Shown: positions 9,411 through 20,802 of the stretch, piece after piece
How the letters are laid out: each line of letters starts with the position of its first letter
Position numbering within the stretch: position 1 is the first letter of the stretch
From: Candidatus Moraniibacteriota bacterium
GTDB lineage: Bacteria; Patescibacteriota; Minisyncoccia; Moranbacterales; GCA-2747515
DNA length: 64,000 bases
NCBI GenBank assembly: GCA_046116545.1
Contig: CP175956.1
Span: forward strand, 321,734 to 385,733
Direction of reading: 5' to 3'
Notes under the pieces: generated by a model
Databases searched by the model: none
What the model was told of the DNA's origin: nothing
The model's input: the letters and a program-made list of their open reading frames with translations, nothing else
Made by a program: the position numbers and the translations under genes

Positions 9411-12242
9411 TTATAAAAACTTTGCTGTTTGACTATTCTTACTTTTTTTCAAATCTTGAGGAGTTCCCTCAAATATAATTTCTCCTCCTCGTACTCCACC
9501 TCCGTGCCCTAGTTCAATTACATGATCTGAATTATTTATCACATCTGAATTATGCTCTACTACTAAAACTGTATTTCCTTTTTCAACTAATGCATCTAGC
9601 ATTTTAAGCAATCTTTTTACATCGTCAAAATGAAGCCCCGTAGTTGGCTCATCCAGAATATACAATGTATTTCCAGTCGTCTTTCTGGCTAATTCAGTTG
9701 CTAATTTTACTCTTTGAGCTTCACCGCCTGAAAGATTTGTAGCGCTTTGACCTAATTTGATATATCCAAGACCAACGTCCTTCATTGCCTTGAGCTTTGC
9801 ACTTATAAGTTTATGCTCTGCAAAAAAAGCTGCTGCATATTCAACACTCATATCCAAGACATCTGCGATAGTTATTCCATTATATTCAACATCTAATACT
9901 TTGCTACTATATCTACTGCCAGAACAAGCCTCACAAGGAGAATACATATCTGGAAGCATATACATCTCAACTTTCACTGAGCCCTCTCCATGACAAACCT
10001 CACATCTGCCACCCTTCATATTAAAACTAAAATAACTAGCGTCAAACTTCTTTTCAATCGCCATTTCAGTTTGTGCAAATAATTCTCTTATATGAGCAAA
10101 TACTCCAGTATATGTAGCTGTGTTTGACCTAGGAGTTCTTCCTATTGGGTCTTGATTTATCATTATAACTTTTTTCACATTCTTTATGCCTTCAATTTTT
10201 TTATGTTTTCCTGGCTCAACCTTAGACCTATGAAATTTCTTTGCTAGTGCTCTTGATAAAATATTATGCACTAAGGTTGATTTCCCACTACCTGACACAC
10301 CACAAACAGTTGTAAAAGTTCCTAATGGAAAATCAACAGATATATTTTGTAGATTATTTTGACTAGCTTCTTTTACTGACAATACCTTACCATCTCCTTT
10401 TCGTATCTGACTCTTTTCTACTACTTTTAAATTACCTGATAAATATTTTGCTGTTGTTGTCTTTGCTTTTTTCATTTCTTGCAAAGTTCCTGCAAAGATG
10501 AGCTCTCCGCCTTCATCTCCAGCTCCTGGACCCATATCAACAATCCAATCCGCTTCTTTCATAACGTCAGAATCATGTTCCACTACAATTAGTGTATTTT
10601 CTGCGCTCTGTAACCCCCTCATAGCTTTAATCAACCTAATGGTATCTTTACTGTGCAAACCTGCTGTAGGCTCATCTAACACATAAATAACACCTGTTAG
10701 ATCTGATTTTATTTGCACTGCCAATCTAATCCTCTGCGCCTCACCACCTGATAACGTACTACTTGTTCTTGAAAGCGATAAATAATCAACTCCAACATCA
10801 CAGAGAGCCTTTACTCGCGAAGTTACCTCATCAATAAGTGAACCAACGGCTTTTTTTTCTTCATCACATAAACCTTCCAATTCCTTAATGGCTGTGATCA
10901 TTTTATAAAAATCACAAAGAGGAGCTTTAACTAAATCATCTATTGACCAATCATTTATTGTAACTGATAAATATTCTTTTTTTAGTCTTTTCCCATCACA
11001 TGTTGAACATTCTTTTTCAATCATGTATTGTTCTAATTCTTTTCTTATATAATCAGATTTTGTATTTTTATATCTTTCTTCTAATTCAAAAACAATACCT
11101 TTGAAGTCACCTTCAAACTCTTTTGGAGCTCCAAAAAAAACAATTGCTAAGCTCTCTTTTGAGAATTTACTCATCGGAGTCGATAACGAAAATTTATATT
11201 TTTTTGCTAGCTTTTGTAAAACACTCTTGTTCTTATTAAAGGCTGTATTTTTACCTCCTGATTTACTCCAAATTTGAATCGCACCCTCTTCCAAAGACAA
11301 TGCTTTATTAGGAATCAAGAGTGCAGCATCTATTTCATTTTTTTTGCCAAGTCCATCACAATCACTACATGCACCCTCTGGGTTATTAAATGAAAAACAT
11401 CTTGGAGTTATTTCAGGCATAGTAAAACTAGTCTCTTTGCAATGAAAATGTTGAGAAAATTCTTGTTCGAAATCTCCTGTTTTTATAATACATAATCCAC
11501 CAGATAATTTCATGGCTGTTTCAATAGAATCCATCACACATTCTCTATCAAAATTCTTTTTCTTGTAAAAAAATCTGTCTACTACTACATCTATTGATAC
11601 AGATACATCATCACTAACAATAAGCATTGCATCAACTACTGGCATTATTTTTCCATTAAATCTAACCCTAGCATAGCCATTCTGTTTTATATTTTTCAAT
11701 ATTTTACTATTTTTCTTATCCTCATCAGTCATTGGCGCAAGTATTACCACACGATCACCATCCTTCATGTTCATAATTCTTGCAACGATTTCACGTGTAC
11801 TTTTCCTCTTAAGAGGTCTACCAGATACTGGGCAATGTGGTACACCTATAACAGTATATAAGATTCTCAAATAGTCATAGACTTCTGTCATTGTCCCCAC
11901 TGTAGATCGCACTGATTTCCCCACACTCTTTTGATCTATTGCAATCGCTGGAGAAATATTTTCAATCTTATCCACATCTGGTTTAGTCATGACACCCATC
12001 ATACTTCTGGCATGTGTAGACAAGCTCTCCATAAATCTTCTATTACTTTCTGCATAAATCACATCAAAAGCTATCGAGCTTTTTCCAGAACCAGAAAGCC
12101 CCGTAACAACAGTTAGTTTATTACGAGGAATATCAACAGAAACATTTTTTAGATTATTTACACGAGCATTAATTATTCGGATGTGGTTTTTTTTATTTTT
12201 TCCAGAAGTTACTTTTTTATTAATTACTTTTTTAGCCACCAT
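9411..12242 (-). CDS. uvrA: Excinuclease ABC subunit A
   Basis: Two Walker A motifs ([18 protein letters not shown]), two LSGGEAQR signatures, FSFN plus Zn-finger cysteines. Confidence 0.97.
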   Translation of the reverse strand: MVAKKVINKKVTSGKNKKNHIRIINARVNNLKNVSVDIPRNKLTVVTGLSGSGKSSIAFDVIYAESNRRFMESLSTHARSMMGVMTKPDVDKIENISPAIAIDQKSVGKSVRSTVGTMTEVYDYLRILYTVIGVPHCPVSGRPLKRKSTREIVARIMNMKDGDRVVILAPMTDEDKKNSKILKNIKQNGYARVRFNGKIMPVVDAMLIVSDDVSVSIDVVVDRFFYKKKNFDRECVMDSIETAMKLSGGLCIIKTGDFEQEFSQHFHCKETSFTMPEITPRCFSFNNPEGACSDCDGLGKKNEIDAALLIPNKALSLEEGAIQIWSKSGGKNTAFNKNKSVLQKLAKKYKFSLSTPMSKFSKESLAIVFFGAPKEFEGDFKGIVFELEERYKNTKSDYIRKELEQYMIEKECSTCDGKRLKKEYLSVTINDWSIDDLVKAPLCDFYKMITAIKELEGLCDEEKKAVGSLIDEVTSRVKALCDVGVDYLSLSRTSSTLSGGEAQRIRLAVQIKSDLTGVIYVLDEPTAGLHSKDTIRLIKAMRGLQSAENTLIVVEHDSDVMKEADWIVDMGPGAGDEGGELIFAGTLQEMKKAKTTTAKYLSGNLKVVEKSQIRKGDGKVLSVKEASQNNLQNISVDFPLGTFTTVCGVSGSGKSTLVHNILSRALAKKFHRSKVEPGKHKKIEGIKNVKKVIMINQDPIGRTPRSNTATYTGVFAHIRELFAQTEMAIEKKFDASYFSFNMKGGRCEVCHGEGSVKVEMYMLPDMYSPCEACSGSRYSSKVLDVEYNGITIADVLDMSVEYAAAFFAEHKLISAKLKAMKDVGLGYIKLGQSATNLSGGEAQRVKLATELARKTTGNTLYILDEPTTGLHFDDVKRLLKMLDALVEKGNTVLVVEHNSDVINNSDHVIELGHGGGVRGGEIIFEGTPQDLKKSKNSQTAKFL

Positions 12243-12332
12243 ACAATAACAAAAATTTACAAAAATTTAACAACGTTTAGTTATATATACTAAAGCATTT
12301 ATACCAACTGGTCAAGGTAAGCTATTTTTAGT

Positions 12333-12767
12333 TTATTCTATTAATCCCCTTGTCATAAGAGAATCATGTAATTCATCGGACAAAAGTCTATCATGCAATT
12401 GATCAAGAACATAATAATCTTCTGCTTTTTGTGCGACTTTAACAGCATGTGCTACACCTTTAGACATTGCAAGATCAATTAAATTTGTGATTTGTGATTC
12501 TCTATCAACTTCCTTGTGTAAATCACTAGCATCTTGCATTACTGTTTTTTCATCATGGTCTTCTTTTTGTGTTTTGACTTTAGATAATATAGTCTGATAT
12601 GAAGTATCTTTTTCAGATGAACTTTTTTCAAAGGAATGCACTACTTCTTTTTGTTCATTTATCTCATGACCAAAATCATCCTCCGTAATACCAAAACGTT
12701 CTTCTAAACTTAAATGTTCTGAAGATTTAGATTCCATAGAGTTTGAACTTTGAATTTGATCTGCCAT
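12333..12767 (-). CDS. Hypothetical protein (CPR-type)
   Basis: Acidic N-terminus and conserved-looking C-terminus (LAMSKGVAHAV...YVLDQLHDRL). Confidence 0.75.
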   Translation of the reverse strand: MADQIQSSNSMESKSSEHLSLEERFGITEDDFGHEINEQKEVVHSFEKSSSEKDTSYQTILSKVKTQKEDHDEKTVMQDASDLHKEVDRESQITNLIDLAMSKGVAHAVKVAQKAEDYYVLDQLHDRLLSDELHDSLMTRGLIE

Positions 12768-12780
12768 ACTAAAAAATAAA

Positions 12781-13098
12781 TTACAGGTTAGAATCTATCA
12801 TATTCTTTTTTAGGTCTTCAACAGCTTTATTTACTACCTCATCATAATCAGTAAGTTTTTCTCGCAAAAATTCTTCTATACTATCTGGTTCTATATTTTC
12901 AATATTTTCCATCATTTCTTCAAAGTTTTTTCTATCTGATTCAGACAACTTAGTATACGCATCAACTAAGACTCTTTTGATAACTGATTCTGTCATTTTC
13001 TCTATCAATTGTTTTTGATTTTCATCACCAACATCTTCAAAACCAAATTCAGTTGCTATCATCATTTGTATACTTTGTGACATCTCTTTTTGTTCCAT
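12781..13098 (-). CDS. Small acidic helical protein (DUF5663-like)
   Basis: 105 aa, acidic and helical; the family call is from recollection only. Confidence 0.65.
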   Translation of the reverse strand: MEQKEMSQSIQMMIATEFGFEDVGDENQKQLIEKMTESVIKRVLVDAYTKLSESDRKNFEEMMENIENIEPDSIEEFLREKLTDYDEVVNKAVEDLKKNMIDSNL

Positions 13099-13131
13099 AT
13101 ATTTATATTTTAAATTTTTATTATATTAATT

Positions 13132-16100
13132 TTATGCTGAATAACTAAATACTTCATTAAACTTACCTTGTTCCTTTGCTATTTGAGCTAATCTTTTATA
13201 AAAAGATTTGACTGACTCGTCACCTTGCACTGTTAAATAGTTATCAACATCACTATCATAATTTAACACATTCATTGCATTTTGTTCAAAGGTAAAAAAG
13301 TTTTCTGAAAATGTTCCCTGTAAATTGCCCGTGCTATATATTGGCATATTTAAAATTTCAGAAAAATTCTGTCCATTGCCGAGATTATCCTTAAACATAT
13401 CAGCCATTTGCTCTGCAAATAATTTACTTTCTGTTGGTGTTAATGAATTAAAATCAAATTCAACACTTGCCTCAGCGCTTGATTCAGGTTGCATGTTTGC
13501 AACATCACCTTCACTTTGTTCTACTGCTAACATTCTATCTAGATACTGTCCTACGGTTTCTCCAGACTTTACAATTCCGCCACCATTCTCTTGTCTTATT
13601 GTCTCGCTCTCTTCAACAAATTGGAGAAATTTCTCATCTTCATTCATGAATTGCCCTGCGTTCTTGCTTATAAGAGATTCATAATCAACTCCTGGATACA
13701 TATTTTCCATCAAAGATCTTTTTTCCATATCAATTGATGCTGCTATCATTTCAGCATTTGCTTGCGTTCCTGCATTTCCTGGTTCTGTAATATTTATTTC
13801 ATCTCCACTTACTGCAGTATTTTCACCATTTAATCCAACTATATCTTCACTTCCGCCAGGTTTAACATCTCCCAGTTCTGGTGTTATACTCTCTGTCGCT
13901 AGTATTCCATCAAAATTTTGCCCTGTTTCAATCGCATTCTGTATTGTTTCAGTACTTCCCATTACACTTGTCAAATTCAAATTATTTCCTGGGTAAATTT
14001 TATGTATATCTCCGCTTTCAAATCCAATTCCTTTCAAATTTTCTGAACTCATTGCTGCAAATTTATCTTTCAATTCATCTATGGCCATGGTTTGTTGATC
14101 TTGAGTCATTCCCGCAAGTTGACTATTTGTTTCTAACTGATTTTTTATTATTCCCCAAAGAGTGTCTCCAGATTTTACACCTACAGATACCTCCATCAAT
14201 TCCACATCACTGCCAATCTCTTCAGCAATAGTTGACTCAACTACTGTGCTTTCAGGTAAAGATTCCTCTACCACTACATCACTTTCATAAACACTTGTAT
14301 CAATACTTGTGTCAGATTCTAACACAACCTCTTTCGGAGGTATATTTGCTGTGATATTTTCATCCACTACACCACCTGCAAACATTTTCCCAATATAACC
14401 AGTTGATAACATTGCTGCAGTAGCTCCTAAGCCATATAAAACACGTCGACTTCTTCCAGCAATTTTACCATGAAATTCTTTTTCTAATATTTTGAAGGAA
14501 TCTTCGTCATATCCTTTCAAGCTAGCTAATTGTTGTTCTAAATCCATTTCCTTAAATGCATCTAATGATTTTGTAATATCATTACCCTCTTTATGTTGTG
14601 CTCTAGCCTCAAAACCAGCTGTTACACCAGTACCTAATACGCCAGCTCCCAAGGCTCTTTTTGCAAATGCCATACCCCCAAAAACTGCAGCACCTGTGCC
14701 TGCACCAGTTGCTAGACCTGCCACGAGCAAAGCACCCGATAAAGCTATTTTATATTTTGTATCCCAACCTTTGTATGACTCAATCACCTTTAAGGCCATT
14801 TTTCCAGCACGTGGATATTTTTCCACCTTCACTGCTACTCTATCAGAATATAGATTAATTTTTTCATTTAAGTCAAAAATTTTCAATTCAATCATTGCAT
14901 CTTTTTTCTGCTCTTCTGAAAGCCCTTCTAAACTATCCAATTTTGCATTTCTAAAATTATTTAATGCTTTTTGATAATCATCCCTCATGGAAACTACGTC
15001 ACGATCTTTGTCTGTATTGATATGTCCAAAAGCAGCTTTAATTTTATTTACCATTCCTTCGCTTTTGTAATGGGTTCTTGTGTATAATCTACGAGCATCA
15101 TCAAGAAGCTCTTGTAATTCTTCTAAATTAGATTCGCTCTCTATTTTTTTTGCACCTTCTTTAAATCCATCGTATTCTATTTGCTTCATTTCATTACCCT
15201 CACCCTCAATGATATCTTTCTCTTCATTTCTTACAACTTCAAGTCCGCGTTCATTGACTTCAGAATCAATTTCAACTTCATTTTCTTCCTGTATTTCCTC
15301 AACTACTATACCCGCCTTTTCCAAAATTTCTTTAGCTTTTTTCCCTTGTTGTACAAGTACTTCTACTCTTTTTATATCATTTTCTAACGCATCTCTTTTT
15401 TTGATCAAAACAGCATTCTTATCTGCAGCTAAATCTTCTGCTCCAAATGCTTGTTTACTCTCATAATTTTGTCCACTTGCAATACGTTCATCTATATTTG
15501 CAATCTCATCACGCATTTCTCCAAGCTCTTTCTCTTTGTTTGCAACATCAATGCTGGCATTTTTATGTACAAACTCTGAAATCAACTCCCTTTTCTTCAA
15601 CAGCTCTTTTTGTGCATTTAATTCATCTTTATTTTTTGTTACTGTTTCTTGCCTCTTTAATAACTTATCAACATCTTCTTGTGTTGTAGCTCCTTTATCT
15701 CCCATATCTTTAGTTGATGCTTTCAATGTGCTTTCCATATCAGATACTCGTTTTTTGATATCACTTAATTCATCATTGATTTCTGCTAGATTATTATCAA
15801 TATTTTTTGTATCTTTTTGTTTTAATATATCAGCTATTTCCTCTACTGAAGCAGAATTAACTATATCTGCTGCACTCTGTGGCTTGTACTCTTGAGATTC
15901 TTTTTGTTCAGTTTGATCTTTTGCATTATTTTGTGAAGTTTCAGATTTCATATTTTTTTGTTCTTTATTTTTTTTACCACCATGTTTATCTACTGCTATG
16001 TTTATAGTACTATAAACAGCACCATTAGACAAAATGTCATTAACATACTCAGTTATATCATCAAATTCAATCTCTTCTCTTACAATTCTATTTGAAATTG

Positions 16101-17040
16101 AAACTATTGCACGATCAAAATGTTTTGCCTTTTTCTCCAACTCACTTGCTTCAGTAAATTGGTTTAAATATTTATTTTTTACATCTTCAGATAAAATGAT
16201 TCTAACCTCATTTTTAATTTTGTTCAGGCTAATATGATTATCTATATCTTTGTTTTCTGGACTATCTTGCAACACACCATCTCGTAATTTTATACTTGTC
16301 ATTGCATGTAACTCATTTGCAATTTTTTCTAATTCTACACTTTGTTTATTTGGACTTTTAATTTTAAATGCATTTTGTTTATTTTCTTTTAATTCTGTCA
16401 ATTTTTCATCCAATCTTCTGTTTACAATATCACTATTATTTGTTGCTTTAATATTTTCAAAATGTTTTTTTACATCTTTTTCTAATTGTGCTATTTCATT
16501 TTTTAAGATAACTACCTCTGTTTTTACATCCAGTCTAATATCTTTCTTTCCTTGACTTGCATCACTATGCACTGCTTTATTCACCATTCCGGATAAACCT
16601 TGCGCTAAATCTTTGTTCAAAGCTTTTTGTGCTGTTAACTGCCTCACACTACTATTATTTTTTACATTTTCTTTTAGAGTCTTTATAACTTTATTCAATT
16701 CACTATTTCTAAATCCACCCTCCTCCCTCATCTCATCTCTTATACTATCCCAAAAAATATTTTTATCTTCATTCTTTTTTAGTGTTTCTTGGTACAAATT
16801 AATAGTTTTAATTAAGTGTTGTGAAATTAATTCTTGCTGTTGCGTTGTCAAATTTTCTGCATTGATAATATCAATATTCTCAACTGCAACAACACTATCT
16901 CCATCTTTTATTCGTTTTTCTTCAGCTTCTTCAGCTTTTTGAAAATCACCATCATTAAACTTCAAAGAGTTGCCCGTATCTTGCATAGGATTACTTCCCT
17001 TCAATCCATTTTTCAACATTTCTTCTTGCGATATTCCCAT
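13132..17040 (-). CDS. Large coiled-coil membrane protein with LysM-like domain
   Basis: 1302 aa; coiled coils, Gly/Ala-rich TM hairpin (LLVAGLATGAGTGAAVFGG), VKSGDTLWGII...IHKIYPG split LysM-like motif. Confidence 0.8.
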   Translation of the reverse strand: MGISQEEMLKNGLKGSNPMQDTGNSLKFNDGDFQKAEEAEEKRIKDGDSVVAVENIDIINAENLTTQQQELISQHLIKTINLYQETLKKNEDKNIFWDSIRDEMREEGGFRNSELNKVIKTLKENVKNNSSVRQLTAQKALNKDLAQGLSGMVNKAVHSDASQGKKDIRLDVKTEVVILKNEIAQLEKDVKKHFENIKATNNSDIVNRRLDEKLTELKENKQNAFKIKSPNKQSVELEKIANELHAMTSIKLRDGVLQDSPENKDIDNHISLNKIKNEVRIILSEDVKNKYLNQFTEASELEKKAKHFDRAIVSISNRIVREEIEFDDITEYVNDILSNGAVYSTINIAVDKHGGKKNKEQKNMKSETSQNNAKDQTEQKESQEYKPQSAADIVNSASVEEIADILKQKDTKNIDNNLAEINDELSDIKKRVSDMESTLKASTKDMGDKGATTQEDVDKLLKRQETVTKNKDELNAQKELLKKRELISEFVHKNASIDVANKEKELGEMRDEIANIDERIASGQNYESKQAFGAEDLAADKNAVLIKKRDALENDIKRVEVLVQQGKKAKEILEKAGIVVEEIQEENEVEIDSEVNERGLEVVRNEEKDIIEGEGNEMKQIEYDGFKEGAKKIESESNLEELQELLDDARRLYTRTHYKSEGMVNKIKAAFGHINTDKDRDVVSMRDDYQKALNNFRNAKLDSLEGLSEEQKKDAMIELKIFDLNEKINLYSDRVAVKVEKYPRAGKMALKVIESYKGWDTKYKIALSGALLVAGLATGAGTGAAVFGGMAFAKRALGAGVLGTGVTAGFEARAQHKEGNDITKSLDAFKEMDLEQQLASLKGYDEDSFKILEKEFHGKIAGRSRRVLYGLGATAAMLSTGYIGKMFAGGVVDENITANIPPKEVVLESDTSIDTSVYESDVVVEESLPESTVVESTIAEEIGSDVELMEVSVGVKSGDTLWGIIKNQLETNSQLAGMTQDQQTMAIDELKDKFAAMSSENLKGIGFESGDIHKIYPGNNLNLTSVMGSTETIQNAIETGQNFDGILATESITPELGDVKPGGSEDIVGLNGENTAVSGDEINITEPGNAGTQANAEMIAASIDMEKRSLMENMYPGVDYESLISKNAGQFMNEDEKFLQFVEESETIRQENGGGIVKSGETVGQYLDRMLAVEQSEGDVANMQPESSAEASVEFDFNSLTPTESKLFAEQMADMFKDNLGNGQNFSEILNMPIYSTGNLQGTFSENFFTFEQNAMNVLNYDSDVDNYLTVQGDESVKSFYKRLAQIAKEQGKFNEVFSYSA

Positions 17041-17068
17041 TTTATTTTTATAAATTTAATATTTCATT

Positions 17069-17103
17069 TTTATGGTATAATTATAGCATATAATAATACT
17101 TAC
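17069..17103 (-). promoter_or_regulatory. Promoter box duplicated upstream of the 1302-aa and 658-aa genes
   Basis: 33/35 identical to 19157-19191; the minus strand contains extended -10 TGCTATAAT. Confidence 0.7.
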
Positions 17104-17159
17104 ATAGAAACAAAATGGACAAAAATAATAAAATTATACATTAAACTTCGTAATTTTAT

Positions 17160-19136
17160 TTATAAAGAAGCAATAAAATCTTCTTGTTCTTGAATCGTAC
17201 TATCTAATTCTCCCAGACGTCGAAATGTTCCTTTACCAAAGGTGCTGTCAATTAATTTTCCAATTGGAATTATATTACCTGTCATCATACTTTTTACAAA
17301 AACATCAAAAACATCTTCCCTATCTTTAAATGAAGATTTCTTTTTTTTATATATTTTATCGATAATTGTATTCAAAACATGTCTTTCTGTCTCATAAGAA
17401 AGTTTTTGTGTAATTATATCCGGATGAACTCCCATCAATCTCCTTTTTATACTCTGTAATATATTTTCATCTTGAATGGTTGCATATACAGTATCATCAT
17501 CAACCACAGGAACATTATTACTACCTACCACGTCACAATACTTTTTTTTAATCTTCTCAGTTTGTTTTAATTCTTTCTCGAATAAACTATTATGAGAATT
17601 TTGTGAAACAAATCGCTTTGTTAGCTCTTCTGTTAATGCCTCATTTAAATTTACAAAAAACCTTGACTGTCCATCTCTTGAAACTACTTCCAAACCAGTT
17701 CGATAGCTACTTATAATTGGATCAGTTTCTTTTGTGAGCTGTAAAGCTTGATAAGCTTTGAAATGGATTATTTCATGAAATACTACCTGAGCAAATTCAA
17801 TATTAGATTTTTGCTCTTGTAAGGCTACTGCTTGAAAATGCGCACTAAACACTCCTGAACAATCATTTCTATGTTCTGGCCATTTTTCAGCAGGAATGAC
17901 ATGTATATTTTGTGATGGAATATCAAACTCATCCAACCCTTGTTCAGGTCTAATTTTATTAGTCACCTCATTTACAAGAGAAATGATTTGTAATTCCTTC
18001 TCTGTTTTTTCTCTTTCCTTATCTTGCAAATCATCAAAAACTTGATTATTATTAAATACTTCCTTCATGTCCCGAAAAATCTTTTTTCTCTCTAAAGGCG
18101 ATTTAAACCCTACCATGCGATCAATTGAAGATTCTTTTTTATCATCAAGGGTATTATTTTGAAACTCTTGATATAATTTACCAGAAACAACCTTATAACT
18201 ATCATCATCAATCAAGTTTTCAAATGAAAAAATATTTAATATTTCAGAGCTACCTTTTATTTCTAGAATTAAAAAATCTTCCGCTGGATTTTTCATTGCT
18301 ACATATTTTTTTATTTTAAACCCATATTTCAAAGGGCTGTTTCCTACCAGGATATTTGATGTATTGTTCTTTGCGTTTATACAATATGCATCATTCAAAT
18401 TTATATCATATTTTTTCTCAAATTCACGTTCACGTTCCATCTGACTTTGTTCATCACGCTGATTTTCAATCAAATCTCCTTCCGTTTCTTCAGTATTTAT
18501 TGTATCTTTAACAACTTTTTTTTCTTCCTTTACGTCTTTTTCATGACCTTTTTCATTATTCTTAGAAATCTCAATTTCTTCTAGTTCCTTTTCTCTCTCA
18601 TATCCAACACCAACCCAAAGGTTTTCAAATTCGTATTTTGTTATTTGTTTCTCTTCCCCATCCTTTTCTATTACTATATAGTCATCTTCTAGGTATTCTT
18701 CTGATACATATTTTTGTAAGATGAATCCATCAACTGGAAATTCATCTTCATATTTTATATAATCAGCATCAACTCCATATTTTTTTTCAAATTCACGTCG
18801 TCGATTCATTTGATATGGTGTTTCTTCTTTTTCAGACTCAGATTTACTTTTTTCTTCAAGTTTTATATCCTCTTCAATTGATTTAATACCAATAGATTCT
18901 TTAACTTTCTCAATTTTTGCATCTATTTTTTCCTTTTCTGTTTCTTTTTTTTCAATCTTTTCCATAACCTGTATCTTTTTTTCTTCAGCTCTTTTTTTAT
19001 CCATTTTTGCATATAATTCATTCTCACGCACTAAAGAAGCCTCCGATTGACTGATTAATTTGCCTTCTTCAGATTTATTGCGCACCTCTTGTGCTCCTGC
19101 AGCAACCTCTTTTCTAATCTTATCCCAATCTTTCAT
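17160..19136 (-). CDS. Acidic repeat protein with C-terminal zincin-like metallopeptidase motif
   Basis: VFHEIIH (HExxH) followed by LNEALTE (third ligand Glu); two internal repeats starting REFEKKY. Confidence 0.7.
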   Translation of the reverse strand: MKDWDKIRKEVAAGAQEVRNKSEEGKLISQSEASLVRENELYAKMDKKRAEEKKIQVMEKIEKKETEKEKIDAKIEKVKESIGIKSIEEDIKLEEKSKSESEKEETPYQMNRRREFEKKYGVDADYIKYEDEFPVDGFILQKYVSEEYLEDDYIVIEKDGEEKQITKYEFENLWVGVGYEREKELEEIEISKNNEKGHEKDVKEEKKVVKDTINTEETEGDLIENQRDEQSQMEREREFEKKYDINLNDAYCINAKNNTSNILVGNSPLKYGFKIKKYVAMKNPAEDFLILEIKGSSEILNIFSFENLIDDDSYKVVSGKLYQEFQNNTLDDKKESSIDRMVGFKSPLERKKIFRDMKEVFNNNQVFDDLQDKEREKTEKELQIISLVNEVTNKIRPEQGLDEFDIPSQNIHVIPAEKWPEHRNDCSGVFSAHFQAVALQEQKSNIEFAQVVFHEIIHFKAYQALQLTKETDPIISSYRTGLEVVSRDGQSRFFVNLNEALTEELTKRFVSQNSHNSLFEKELKQTEKIKKKYCDVVGSNNVPVVDDDTVYATIQDENILQSIKRRLMGVHPDIITQKLSYETERHVLNTIIDKIYKKKKSSFKDREDVFDVFVKSMMTGNIIPIGKLIDSTFGKGTFRRLGELDSTIQEQEDFIASL

Positions 19137-19156
19137 GTAAAATTCAAAAATATAAA

Positions 19157-19191
19157 TTTATGATATAATTATAACATATAATAATACTTAC
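19157..19191 (-). promoter_or_regulatory. Second copy of the duplicated promoter box
   Basis: TTTATGATATAATTATAACATATAATAATACTTAC; the minus strand has TGTTATAAT. Confidence 0.7.
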
Positions 19192-19202
19192 TTTAAAATA
19201 AA

Positions 19203-20765
19203 ATGAACAAAAAAAATAAAATCATACATTTCACAATACTTGCAATCATAATAATATTAGCTATAACTGTACGAGTATGGAATATTGATACTGTTCCTAG
19301 TGGCATATACCCTGATGAAGCAAATAACGGCACAAATGCCTACGATGCTCAATTAACTGGTGATTATCAATGGTTTTACCCTGATAATAATGGTCGTGAA
19401 GGACTTTATCTTAATTTGATGGCTATTACATTCAAATTTTTTGATGTTAGCATGTTAACCATCAAAATTCCTTCCATTATCATGGGAGCTCTTACCGTTG
19501 TTGGTGTATATTTACTTTCTCGTGAATTATTTATTTCAAAACCACGATTAGCACTTATTGCCAGTTATCTCACAGCTGTTAGCTTCTGGGCCATAAATTT
19601 TTCTCGCATTGCCTTTCGCGCAATAATGATGTTACCAATTTTAACTTTTTGTTTTTATTTCATATTTCGTGGTATTCGCACAAATAAGTGGTGGAACTTT
19701 GCACTTGCTGGATTTATTTTTGGACTTGGATTTCATACTTATATTGCCTTTCGCATTGCACCCGCATTATTATTTGTCATATTCATCTTACTATTACTAC
19801 AATATGGGATTGTATTGTTCAAAAAATACTGGAAAGGCGCTCTTATATTTATATTATTTGCAGTCCTTAGTGCTGCACCAATATTTTATACATTCCACAC
19901 ACATCCAGAATACTTAAATTCTCGAACGGGTGATGTTTCTGTATTTGCAAATAGCGAAGATGGACTTGTATCTACATTAACAACAACTGTTTCAGCATCA
20001 CTGTTGAAATTTAATTTTTATGGTGATCAAAATTGGAGACACGGATTTCCACCAACGCCAACGCTTGAAAGTTTTGTTGGCATCATGTTTGTAGGAGGTC
20101 TATTACTTTCAATTATTATATTTCTAACTTATTTATATCGTAGATTTTTCAAAAAAATTCATAATAGAAAATTAGTAACACATGGATTATTGATTGCCTG
20201 GTTCTTTGCATTTCTAGCACCCGAGTTTCTCACAACTGAAGGACTTCCTCATTCTTTGAGATCAATAGGGGTTTTACCTGTTGTTTATATATTTGCAGCA
20301 TTCTTTATAAATTTCATCATAGAGCGCTCAAAAAAACATTCACTTATTACTTATAAGATCACACTAACACTTATGGTTATACTGATGTTAACTTCAGGAA
20401 CCTGCAATGTTTTGAAATATCATAAATATTGGGCAACCTCTCCGCTACAAGCACAAGCCTTTAATAAATCACTTACTGATATAGCAAATTATATAAAAAT
20501 CATTCCAGATGATGCTACTAAATATGTTGTTGCTGGCCCTCTAGAAAGACTACCTGTAAAACTACTAAATGAATCTACTTCAAATTTATATTTTCTATAT
20601 GAAGATGAACTACATAAAATAGATAACACAAAAGATTTCTATGTATTTTTACCAAACAAAAATGATACTGTCTTAAATGAAATATTAAATTCTTATTCAA
20701 TTGTTTTAGAAGTTGTCCCCAGCGAATTAGAAACTGAATTTTTAATATTAAGACATATTCAGTAA
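19203..20765 (+). CDS. GT-C fold glycosyltransferase (GT39/ArnT-PMT-like)
   Basis: Multi-pass membrane protein; PSGIYPDEA acidic loop motif after TM1. Confidence 0.85.
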   Translation: MNKKNKIIHFTILAIIIILAITVRVWNIDTVPSGIYPDEANNGTNAYDAQLTGDYQWFYPDNNGREGLYLNLMAITFKFFDVSMLTIKIPSIIMGALTVVGVYLLSRELFISKPRLALIASYLTAVSFWAINFSRIAFRAIMMLPILTFCFYFIFRGIRTNKWWNFALAGFIFGLGFHTYIAFRIAPALLFVIFILLLLQYGIVLFKKYWKGALIFILFAVLSAAPIFYTFHTHPEYLNSRTGDVSVFANSEDGLVSTLTTTVSASLLKFNFYGDQNWRHGFPPTPTLESFVGIMFVGGLLLSIIIFLTYLYRRFFKKIHNRKLVTHGLLIAWFFAFLAPEFLTTEGLPHSLRSIGVLPVVYIFAAFFINFIIERSKKHSLITYKITLTLMVILMLTSGTCNVLKYHKYWATSPLQAQAFNKSLTDIANYIKIIPDDATKYVVAGPLERLPVKLLNESTSNLYFLYEDELHKIDNTKDFYVFLPNKNDTVLNEILNSYSIVLEVVPSELETEFLILRHIQ

Positions 20766-20802
20766 ATCATCACTTTAAATAATTAATATTCAAAATAATA
20801 TT

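Noticed and set aside
13325-17193. Many plus-strand ORFs of 60-160 aa opposite the 1302-aa gene, and similar antisense ORFs throughout
   Set aside because: Shadow ORFs rich in Ser/Phe/Leu that mirror Glu/Lys-rich sense codons, with no motifs or ribosome-binding signals.
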